From: Capsulimonadaceae bacterium
GTDB taxonomy: Bacteria; Armatimonadota; Armatimonadia; Armatimonadales; Capsulimonadaceae
Length of the DNA stretch: 64,000 bases
Reading direction: 5' to 3'
NCBI GenBank assembly: GCA_965215505.1
Contig: OZ244065.1
Coordinates: forward strand, 3,648,001-3,712,000
The position numbers were made by a program, and so were the translations under genes. The notes beneath the pieces are model-generated. The model was not told the DNA's origin. It saw nothing but the letters and a program-made list of their open reading frames with translations, and made no database searches. This document shows positions 56,385 through 64,000 of this stretch, one piece after another (the stretch's first letter is position 1; each line of letters starts with the position of its first letter).

Positions 56385-57758
56385 TTACGCCGTGTGCGCG
56401 TTCCCATCACCCAGCGACGCGCGCCGGACGTGGCCTAGGTGGGGCAGGACGCGGCCCCAGTGGCGGGTGTCCCAGCGGCCCGAGTGCCAGTGTGGGGAGT
56501 GCTGGCCCCAGGACTTCGCGACCCGCTGCGGCACGGCGGCGGCGCGCTTCGCCAGCGTCTTTTCGAACGGCGTGAACACCAGCAGGAGCAGGGCCCCGGC
56601 CATCATCGTCCGGCGGCGGCCCGCCCGCCCCATCCGCAGGGGCTGCATGACGGGCCGGTCTTCCGTTCCCCGGTCGCTCCCGCCCCCGTCTGCGGGCGTC
56701 GTGTGCGCCTTCAGGACCGCCCCAGCCGTTGCCGCCAGCCCCAGGCCGGGGCGGGAGACGAGGTAGCGCGCCTCCCAGTCGGTCGCGAACTTGGATTTAA
56801 ACGTGTGCAGGCCCTGGAAGTTGTAGACGCGGCCCAGCCGGGTGAACAGGAACCGGCGGACCTGGGAGACGGCCACGCCCTCGCCCGCCTCGCCCGCCCC
56901 GGCCAGCGGCGACAGGCCCAGGCTGACCAGGCCCGCGCCCTCCCCCCGGAACCTTTCGGCGGCGGAGATGATAAGGAAATCCATGACGCCGTGCAGGGCG
57001 TCCGGGCGGCGGCGCATCAGGTCCAGAGTCCAGCCGGCCTTGCCGCCTGCGCCGTAGGCGGGGACGAAGGTCGTGAACGCCAGCACCTTGCCGCTGCCGG
57101 TGTCGCGGGCGACGAAGTAGCGGCTCGACTCGAACAGGGCGCTGCCCGGCTCGAAGCCGCCCATCGCGAAGCTGCCTTCCCTCGCCCGGTGCGCCCGCCG
57201 CCAGCTTTCGGAGATCGCCTCCATGGCGGCGGTGACGTCGGCGGGGGGCGGGGCGTCCGGTCCGTAGACTTCTAAAGCGACACCCGCCTTCTCGATGCGC
57301 CGCAGGTCGTTCCGCAGGTTCTTGAACCGCTTGCCCGCCAGCGAGAAGTCGGCCAGGCCCATCTGGGCGTCCTCGCCGACCTTGACCGCCCGCAGGCCCG
57401 AGGCACGGTAGGCGTCCAGGTGCTTGGCCGTCACCTGATAAAAGGCGGGCCGCCACCCACGCTGTCTGCACAGGTCCAGGAAGCCGGCGATGGCGGCGGG
57501 GACCGCCTCAGCGTCGCCCAAAGGGTCCCCCAGGGCCAGCGCGTGGCGGCCCAGGACGCGGTAGGCGACGCCCCATTCCCGGTCCCCCGCCTCGCCGAAC
57601 AGGTAGCGCTTGTCGGGGAGCAGGGCGAAGAACAGCAGCGGGGCCGCGCCGAACCGCGCCAGCAGGCGGCGCGCGCGGGCGCGCGGGCTGCCGGTCGTTT
57701 CCAAGGTCTTGTCCGAAATCGTTTCGGGCGTCATGTCCGTAATCATGTCCGTAATCAT
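56385..57758 (-). CDS. Stand-alone DUF2156 (MprF-type aminoacyl-PG synthase catalytic) protein
   Basis: ALGDPLG, KVGEDA, LDLMRR, SLGLSPL, YNFQGLHTFKSKF..WEARY; AGGAG RBS. Confidence 0.85.
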   Translation of the reverse strand: MITDMITDMTPETISDKTLETTGSPRARARRLLARFGAAPLLFFALLPDKRYLFGEAGDREWGVAYRVLGRHALALGDPLGDAEAVPAAIAGFLDLCRQRGWRPAFYQVTAKHLDAYRASGLRAVKVGEDAQMGLADFSLAGKRFKNLRNDLRRIEKAGVALEVYGPDAPPPADVTAAMEAISESWRRAHRAREGSFAMGGFEPGSALFESSRYFVARDTGSGKVLAFTTFVPAYGAGGKAGWTLDLMRRRPDALHGVMDFLIISAAERFRGEGAGLVSLGLSPLAGAGEAGEGVAVSQVRRFLFTRLGRVYNFQGLHTFKSKFATDWEARYLVSRPGLGLAATAGAVLKAHTTPADGGGSDRGTEDRPVMQPLRMGRAGRRRTMMAGALLLLVFTPFEKTLAKRAAAVPQRVAKSWGQHSPHWHSGRWDTRHWGRVLPHLGHVRRASLGDGNAHTA

Positions 57759-57934
57759 GTCCAGGCTCCTGTGTGCCGGGCTACTATTGAGCAAGCTAAT
57801 CATCGTTGATTACTCAGTATAACACACATTGAAGGAGTTCGCAAACCGGGGGGTCTATAAACCCGACCATGCCATTCATGGCATGGTCGGGTGTGCAATC
57901 GCCCTAGCCTATAGGGGAAACCCGGAGACCCGCC

Positions 57935-60900
57935 ATGAAACACGCCCGCGCCCTGCTCTGCCTTGCTGCCCTCTGCCTCCTCGCCGCCTGCCTTGCCCTT
58001 TTGGCCGCACCCATCGACGCCCAGCCGGCCGCCCGGTTCACCGTCTCGCCGCTGGAGACGCGCGTGCTGGGGCAGAACACCTGGCAACGCGGCGGCCCTG
58101 CGGCCCTGCGCGTCATCGTGCTTGACCACCGGACGGGGCGGCCCGTCCCGGCCCAGGTCCGGCTGACCCTGGCCGGGCCGAAGGCATCCGCCTACCCCCT
58201 GTGGGCGGGCCGGACGGACGCGGCGGGGACCGTGGACGCCGCGTTCAAAGCGCCCAGGGTCAGGCCCGGCGCGTACACACTGCGCGTTCAGGTGGACGCG
58301 GCGGTCGGGGAAGACGTCGTGACGCAGCCGCTCACACTGGCCGAGTCGGTGCGGACCCTGCTGTCCTCCGACAAGCCGGTGTACCAGCCGGGGCAGACGA
58401 TCTACCTGCGCGCGCTGGCTTTGGACACGGCGACCCGGTCGCCATTGGCGGGGCAGCCGCTGACATTTGAAGTGGAAGACGCGCGGGGCAACAAGGTCTT
58501 CAAGAGGCGCGTGGCTCTGTCGCGCTACGGCATAGCCTCTGCGGACTTCGACCTGGCCGACGAGGTCAACCAGGGGGATTTCACCCTGCGCGCGGTCCTG
58601 GCGTCCGGGCAGGCCGAAAAGACGGTGCGGGTGGAGCGGTACGTCCTGCCCAAGTTCAAAGCCTCCGTGACGACCGACAAGCCGTACTATCTGCCCGGCG
58701 AAACCGTGCATGGGACACTGGACGCGCACTACTTCTTCGGCAAGCCGGTGGCGGACGCCTCGGTGATCGTGACCATCAGCACCCTGGACATCGGCGTCTC
58801 CAGGCTGGGCGAGAGGGCGGGGAAGACCGACGCGGGCGGTAAGTACACGTTTGATTACACCCTGCCCACCTCGTTCGTCGGGCAGCCGTTCGCGCAGGGC
58901 AAGGCGGTCGTCGAGTTCGCGGCCTCGGTGAAGGACACCGCCGACCAGACGCAGGCGGCGCGCGCCTCGCTGCCGGTCGTCAAGGAGCCGATCGTTCTTG
59001 CCATCGTCCCGGAGCATCGCGGCGTGGTGCCGGGTGTCGAGAACCGCGTCTTCCTCGCCGCCGCAACGCCCGACGGCCAGCCGATCTCGGGGCTGTACCT
59101 GTTCGTCCACGAGCGGGCGACGATGACCGGGGCGTCCGACTTCTATCAGCCGACGAGACTGGTGACGGATGCTTTGGGGCTGGCGACGTTCTCCTTCGTC
59201 CCTCATTTCCACGACTCGACCGTGGTCGTGGAGGCCCAGAAAAGCCCCGATCCGCTCGCGTTCCCGCGCCCCACGGCGCACCTGGATTTGGAGGCCGCCG
59301 CGCCCGAGGAGGCCCTGATCCTGCGGGCGGACAAGCCGCTGGCGCGAGTCGGCGACACTTTGACCCTGGCGGCGGTGTCCAGCGTCAAGGGCGGCACCCT
59401 CTACCTGGACGTCATCCGCAACGGGCAGACCATCCTCACCCGCGCCGTAGACATGCCCGGCGGCTCGGCCAGCCTGACGCTGCCGGTGACGGATGACATG
59501 GTCGGCACGGTCGCGCTGCACGCTTACAAGATACTGCCGAACGAAGACATCATCAAAGACACGCGGACGGTCATCATCTCGCCCGCCGACGGCCTGACCG
59601 TCCGCGTGGCCGCCGACAAGCCTGAATACAAGCCGGGCGGCGATGCCACGTTACGGTTTTCTGTCACCAGCCCGTCAGGTGCCCCCGTGCAGGCCGCGTT
59701 AGGCTTGGCGATGGTGGACGAGAGCGTCTTCGCCCTGTCCGAGCTTCAGCCGGGACTGGAAAGAGTCTACTTCACACTAGAGAAAGAGCTGATGGAGCCG
59801 CGCTACGAGATTCACGGCCTGACGCCCTCCAGCCTCATGCTGGACGGCCGCACGGACGCACCGAGGCAGCGCGCGGCGGCCCTGCTGCTGGCCTCCGCCC
59901 CGGCCACGGACGGCTTCGACTGGCGCGTGAACACCTACCAGGTCAAGCTGGCGAAGGCGCAGGCGGCGGCGCGCGTAGAGATGCAGAAGGCCGCCGCGTT
60001 GGTCGTCGCCGCGCTGGTGAAGTACCGGAACCAGGAGAAAACGGCCCTGACGGCGCAGCAGTCGCTGACGTTCCTGGTCACGCGCGGGGACTTGGCGCGG
60101 GCCGCGCTCATTGACCCGTGGGGGCACTGGTACAACGTGAACCTGCACGGCAGCCGCGATTATGGCAGCTATTTCACCCTGAACAGCGCCGGTCCGGACG
60201 GCGTCTGGGGGACGGCTGACGACATCCTTGACGTGCCGGTCTATGCCCAGGGCGGGTTCCCCGGCGGCGGTGGGGGTGGCTTCCCCGGCGCGGGCGGCTT
60301 TGGGGGCGGTCGGTTCGGCGGCATGGCAGTTCCCGCGCCGAGGATGGTGGCGGCGGCCCCCATGCGTGCGGCAGGGAGGGCCACGCTGCCGAACGGGGTG
60401 GCACGGATATTCGCCTTGCAGAACAACAACTCGCTCTCGGTCGAACCCGCCGCGCCGTCCGCCGCGCCGCGCGTGCGTTCGTACTTCCCCGAGACGATGT
60501 ACTGGAACCCGTCCCTGCTGACCGACGACGCGGGCCACGCCGCCGTCCGCCTGCCGATGGCCGACTCGATCACGACCTGGCGGCTCTCCATGTTCGCCGG
60601 GGGCCTGGCCGGGCAGATGGGCAGCGCGACCGCGCCGGTCCGAGTCTTCCAGGACTTCTTCGTAGATTTAGACCTGCCGGTCGCCCTGACCCAGCACGAC
60701 AGCGTCGAGGTCCCCGTCACCGTCTACAACTATCTGCCCACGGCGCAGGACGTCACGCTGACACTCGCCCCGCAGCCCTGGTTCAGCCTGCGCGGGCCGC
60801 CCGTGCAGACGCTCTCCGTCGGGCCGGGCGAGGTCAAGGTCGTCTACTACCCGATTACCGTGGTGGCTTTAGGTCGCTTCGATTTCCTGGTGACGGCGCG

Positions 60901-62575
60901 CGGCACGACGCTTTCCGACGCCGTGCGGCGCACCATTGACGTCCTGCCCGACGGCAAGCGGTTTGACACCGCCCTCAACGGGCAGCTGGACGGGCCGGTC
61001 GAGAAAACCGTCACCCTCCCCGCCGGGTCCGTTGAGGGCGCGAGTCGGCTGTTCGTCAAGCTCTACCCCGGCGCCTTCAGCCAGGTCGTCGAGGGGCTGG
61101 ACGGGATGCTGCAAATGCCTGGGGGCTGCTTCGAGCAGACCAGCTCGACCACCTACCCGGACGTGCTGGCCTTAGACTACATGAAGCAGACGAAAAAGAT
61201 CAACCCCGCCCTCCAGATGAAGGCCGAGGGCTACATCAATGTCGGCTACCAAAGGCTCGTGACCTTCGAGTGCAAGGGCGGCGGCTTCTCGTGGTTCGGC
61301 AATGAGCCGGCCCACCAGGTCTTGACCGCCTACGGCCTCTTGGAGTTCTCGGACATGGCCCGCGTCCACAGCGTGGACCCCGCCGTCATCGCCCGGACGC
61401 AGCACTGGCTGGCCGGGAAGCAGCGCGAGGACGGGAGCTGGAACGAAACCAGTGGAGGCATCGCGGAGGGCATCATCAACCGGCAGACCGGCGCGCTGCG
61501 GACGACGGCCTATGTCGCCTGGGCCTTGGCCGAGAGCGGCTATGACGGTCCCGAGCTTGCGCGCGGCGTGGGCTATGTCAGGGCGCACCGAGCCGAGGCG
61601 AAAGACCCCTACACGCTGGCCGTCCTGCTGAACCTGCTGGCCCGCACCGACGCAAGCGGCGAGGCGACTGCCGAGGTCGCCACCCGGCTCATCGGCTTGG
61701 CGAAGACGACCGACAAGGCCGCCTACTGGGCGGGCGAAGGCGAAACCTTCACCGGCGCGTCGGGCGCGGGGGCCGACGGCGAGACGACCGGCCTGGCCGC
61801 CTACGGCCTGCTCCGCTGGGGCCGGAATGCGGCCTTCGTGGGCAAAGTCCTGACGCGGCTCGTCGGGAGCAAGGACAGCGCGGGGACGTGGGGGACGACG
61901 CAGGCGACGGTCTGGTCCCTCAAGTCCCTCTTGTATGCCTCGCGCAGTGCATCGGGCGGCGGGAGCGGAACCCTGACCGTCCTCGCCGGGGGCCAGGTCG
62001 TCAAGACGATTGCCGTCACCGAGGCCGACAGCGACGTCATGCGGCAGATAGACCTGACGCCCTCCCTGCTGCCCGGCGCGAACACCGTCCGCCTGGAATG
62101 GGTCGGGACCGGGGCACCCCTGTATCAGATCGCCGCCCGCTGGTATCTGCCCTGGCCGCGCGAGGACGTGAGGCCCGCCGCCGAGACCGGCCCGCTGACC
62201 ATCGGAGTGGCTTATGACAAGACGACGCTGGCCTCCGACGACGTGGCGACCGTGACGGCGACGGTCAAGAACGTCACGGATAAAACGGCGGAGATGCCGC
62301 TGATTGACCTGGGCGTCCCGCCGGGCTTCACCGTCCAGCCCGAACAGTTAGAGGCCGCCGTGGCGTCGGGGGCCATCAGCAAGTACACGGTCGCCGCCCG
62401 CCAGATCATCGTCTACCTGGAAAAGCTGGCCCCCGGCCAGTCCGTGACACTGAACTACGGCCTGCGGGCGAAGTACCCGATCCACGCGCAGACGCCCGAG
62501 AGCAAGGCGTACCCGTACTACAACCCCGAGCGCGTCGCCGTCTCCGCCCCGCAGGCGATCACGGTGAGCCGGTGA
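57935..62575 (+). CDS. Alpha-2-macroglobulin-family protein
   Basis: Signal peptide; [32 protein letters not shown], thioester GCFEQ, VPPGF. Confidence 0.92.
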   Translation: MKHARALLCLAALCLLAACLALLAAPIDAQPAARFTVSPLETRVLGQNTWQRGGPAALRVIVLDHRTGRPVPAQVRLTLAGPKASAYPLWAGRTDAAGTVDAAFKAPRVRPGAYTLRVQVDAAVGEDVVTQPLTLAESVRTLLSSDKPVYQPGQTIYLRALALDTATRSPLAGQPLTFEVEDARGNKVFKRRVALSRYGIASADFDLADEVNQGDFTLRAVLASGQAEKTVRVERYVLPKFKASVTTDKPYYLPGETVHGTLDAHYFFGKPVADASVIVTISTLDIGVSRLGERAGKTDAGGKYTFDYTLPTSFVGQPFAQGKAVVEFAASVKDTADQTQAARASLPVVKEPIVLAIVPEHRGVVPGVENRVFLAAATPDGQPISGLYLFVHERATMTGASDFYQPTRLVTDALGLATFSFVPHFHDSTVVVEAQKSPDPLAFPRPTAHLDLEAAAPEEALILRADKPLARVGDTLTLAAVSSVKGGTLYLDVIRNGQTILTRAVDMPGGSASLTLPVTDDMVGTVALHAYKILPNEDIIKDTRTVIISPADGLTVRVAADKPEYKPGGDATLRFSVTSPSGAPVQAALGLAMVDESVFALSELQPGLERVYFTLEKELMEPRYEIHGLTPSSLMLDGRTDAPRQRAAALLLASAPATDGFDWRVNTYQVKLAKAQAAARVEMQKAAALVVAALVKYRNQEKTALTAQQSLTFLVTRGDLARAALIDPWGHWYNVNLHGSRDYGSYFTLNSAGPDGVWGTADDILDVPVYAQGGFPGGGGGGFPGAGGFGGGRFGGMAVPAPRMVAAAPMRAAGRATLPNGVARIFALQNNNSLSVEPAAPSAAPRVRSYFPETMYWNPSLLTDDAGHAAVRLPMADSITTWRLSMFAGGLAGQMGSATAPVRVFQDFFVDLDLPVALTQHDSVEVPVTVYNYLPTAQDVTLTLAPQPWFSLRGPPVQTLSVGPGEVKVVYYPITVVALGRFDFLVTARGTTLSDAVRRTIDVLPDGKRFDTALNGQLDGPVEKTVTLPAGSVEGASRLFVKLYPGAFSQVVEGLDGMLQMPGGCFEQTSSTTYPDVLALDYMKQTKKINPALQMKAEGYINVGYQRLVTFECKGGGFSWFGNEPAHQVLTAYGLLEFSDMARVHSVDPAVIARTQHWLAGKQREDGSWNETSGGIAEGIINRQTGALRTTAYVAWALAESGYDGPELARGVGYVRAHRAEAKDPYTLAVLLNLLARTDASGEATAEVATRLIGLAKTTDKAAYWAGEGETFTGASGAGADGETTGLAAYGLLRWGRNAAFVGKVLTRLVGSKDSAGTWGTTQATVWSLKSLLYASRSASGGGSGTLTVLAGGQVVKTIAVTEADSDVMRQIDLTPSLLPGANTVRLEWVGTGAPLYQIAARWYLPWPREDVRPAAETGPLTIGVAYDKTTLASDDVATVTATVKNVTDKTAEMPLIDLGVPPGFTVQPEQLEAAVASGAISKYTVAARQIIVYLEKLAPGQSVTLNYGLRAKYPIHAQTPESKAYPYYNPERVAVSAPQAITVSR

Positions 62576-62637
62576 CGCGGCAGGTGACACGGAAAGCCGT
62601 CCGCTTCGGGGCCTCGGAGAGCGCCGCTTCGGAGAGC

Positions 62638-62756
62638 GCCGGGGGTGTGGAAACCCCCGGCAGAGAGGCGTCCTTCGGACGAGGATTAGAAGAGGAACAG
62701 GGGCCTTCTCCCAGCCCGAAGGGCGATTCCCTGCCGGGGGTTTCCACACCCCCGGC
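62638..62756. repeat. REPIN-like inverted pair
   Basis: GCCGGGGGTGTGGAAACCCCCGGCAG and its exact reverse complement. Confidence 0.8.
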
Positions 62757-62846
62757 ATTGTCCGTTGGCGTTATCCGAACAAGGCCCGTCGGAACGGATC
62801 GCAACAGCCGCGAACCCTTTTGATGCCCCCCAACGTATCAGCCACT

Positions 62847-63716
62847 ATGGAAACCCGCAAACCTTCCGCCCCCACATCCGCGCCCGCGCAGGCCGCGCCC
62901 GGCCCCGTGCCCGGCTTCACCCGAGCCTTCACGCTGATCGAGCTGCTCGTCGTCATCGCCATCATCGCGATCCTCGCCGCGCTGCTCTTCCCCACCTTCG
63001 CCAAGGTGCGCGACAATGCCCGCCGGACCGCCTGTTCGTCCAACCTGCGGCAGATCAGCATGGCCCTGATGCAGTACGCCGACGACAACGGGGAACGCTA
63101 CCCGGTCGGCAACATCGTCGCCCCATGGGGCTACTGGGGGCGCGGCTGGGCGGGCGAGGTCTATCCCTATGTCAACAGCGCCGAAGCCTTCCGCTGCCCC
63201 GACGACGGCACATTGCGGCCTTCCGTCTCGTTCAGCTTCAACGGCAACCTGGACGGACACCAGCGCGGTGGGGTATTGTCCGCCTCCACGGCCCCGTCTT
63301 CCACCGTCCTCCTCAACGAGTGCCAGGGGGTGACGGCGGACGTGCGCGACCCGAACGAGGGCAATTCGGGCGCGGGGCACGGCAACGACGGCGGGGCGGG
63401 GTTTATTGACTACAGCGGCCCGGATGCCCACTGGGTCACCGGCCCGATGGGGCAGCCGGCCTGGCGGGACGGCCTGAACGGCGGCGGCTACGGCTACCAG
63501 TGGCAGGGCCTCCACGCGGGCGGCTCGAACTTCGCGATGGAGGACGGCCATGTGAAGTGGCTGCGCCCCGAGCGCGTCTCGCCCGGCTTCGAGGCGGCGG
63601 TCGTCAACGGCGACCAGAACATGAACGGCACCTTCGGCAGCGGCGGCGTCGCGGCGGGGACCGGCTTCATGGGCCAGTCCCCCAAGAACTTCACGGCGAC
63701 CTTCAGCCCGCTCTGA
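62847..63716 (+). CDS. Prepilin-type N-terminal / DUF1559 / H-X9-DG protein
   Basis: [46 protein letters not shown]. Confidence 0.92.
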   Translation: METRKPSAPTSAPAQAAPGPVPGFTRAFTLIELLVVIAIIAILAALLFPTFAKVRDNARRTACSSNLRQISMALMQYADDNGERYPVGNIVAPWGYWGRGWAGEVYPYVNSAEAFRCPDDGTLRPSVSFSFNGNLDGHQRGGVLSASTAPSSTVLLNECQGVTADVRDPNEGNSGAGHGNDGGAGFIDYSGPDAHWVTGPMGQPAWRDGLNGGGYGYQWQGLHAGGSNFAMEDGHVKWLRPERVSPGFEAAVVNGDQNMNGTFGSGGVAAGTGFMGQSPKNFTATFSPL

Positions 63717-63729
63717 CCTTCGCCCGTAC

Positions 63730-64000
63730 TCAGGCCGCTCTCTGTTCCGAAAACGGCTCCACGGTCACGGCCCGCCCCGGACGCACGATGACCTGGACGC
63801 CCAGCGCGTCGGCGATCTTCTGCAAGGTCCCCAGTGACGGCATCCGTCCGCGCTCGATGCGCGAGAGCGTCTCCTGCGGGATACCGGCCCGCGCCCCGAT
63901 TTCGTGCTGCGTCAGCCCCAAACGTTCGCGCGCCTCGCAGAGCGCGAGGCCCAGCCGCAGCGCGGTCAAGTCCTCCTCGTACAGTTCGGCGAAGGCCGGG
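63730..64000 (-). CDS. XRE-family HTH protein (HigA-like antitoxin), 5' end outside window
   Basis: ..PAFAELYEE..LTQHEIG..QETLSRIERGRMPSLGTLQKIADALG. Confidence 0.85.
   Translation of the reverse strand, partial: PAFAELYEEDLTALRLGLALCEARERLGLTQHEIGARAGIPQETLSRIERGRMPSLGTLQKIADALGVQVIVRPGRAVTVEPFSEQRAA

Noticed and set aside
53777-56575. Long antisense/alternate-frame ORFs (also 19131-21038, 38066-39796, 46311-47888, 57800-59521)
   Set aside because: High-GC shadow frames of well-supported genes, with no motifs
1-64000. tRNA, rRNA, reverse transcriptase/DGR, integron attC array
   Set aside because: No recognisable cloverleaf, rRNA, RT or IntI signatures; the palindromes fit REP families better

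Overview
High-GC bacterial chromosome segment. PEP-CTERM tails of the PVPEASTT..FGLLLALG type, a prepilin/DUF1559/H-X9-DG protein and Tat lipoproteins suggest an Armatimonadota-like organism (inference). 1-22 kb is a surface-glycan region (GT4, GT2, GT10-like and CgeB-like glycosyltransferases, Wzm/Wzt, FkbM/DUF268 methyltransferases). It is interrupted by a LacI regulator fused to an IS1-InsA-like zinc-ribbon/HTH module, which faces a GH12/GH5-ricin operon. 22.7-26.5 kb holds a CsoR repressor, a Pro-rich leader peptide and an NRAMP-related transporter operon. 26.6-37 kb is a surface-protein island: three PEP-CTERM genes sharing a conserved leader (two with sigma54-type promoters), three lipoproteins, and the best candidate for a new system. 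That candidate is ECF sigma + soluble zinc anti-sigma + membrane-anchored Lon-like Ser-Lys protease with an external domain, and it has two matching ECF-type promoters. The rest encodes a GGDEF/HD-GYP protein, a small lower-GC islet, a TetR regulon, CAZymes, HEPN and PIN toxin-antitoxin pairs, two frameshifted genes, a stand-alone DUF2156 domain and an alpha-2-macroglobulin with a pseudopilin-like insert. Several REP/REPIN-like palindrome families fill intergenic space, and one lies in-frame inside a gene. No CRISPR array, rRNA, tRNA or intact transposase was seen. All product calls come from motif recognition, not database searches.
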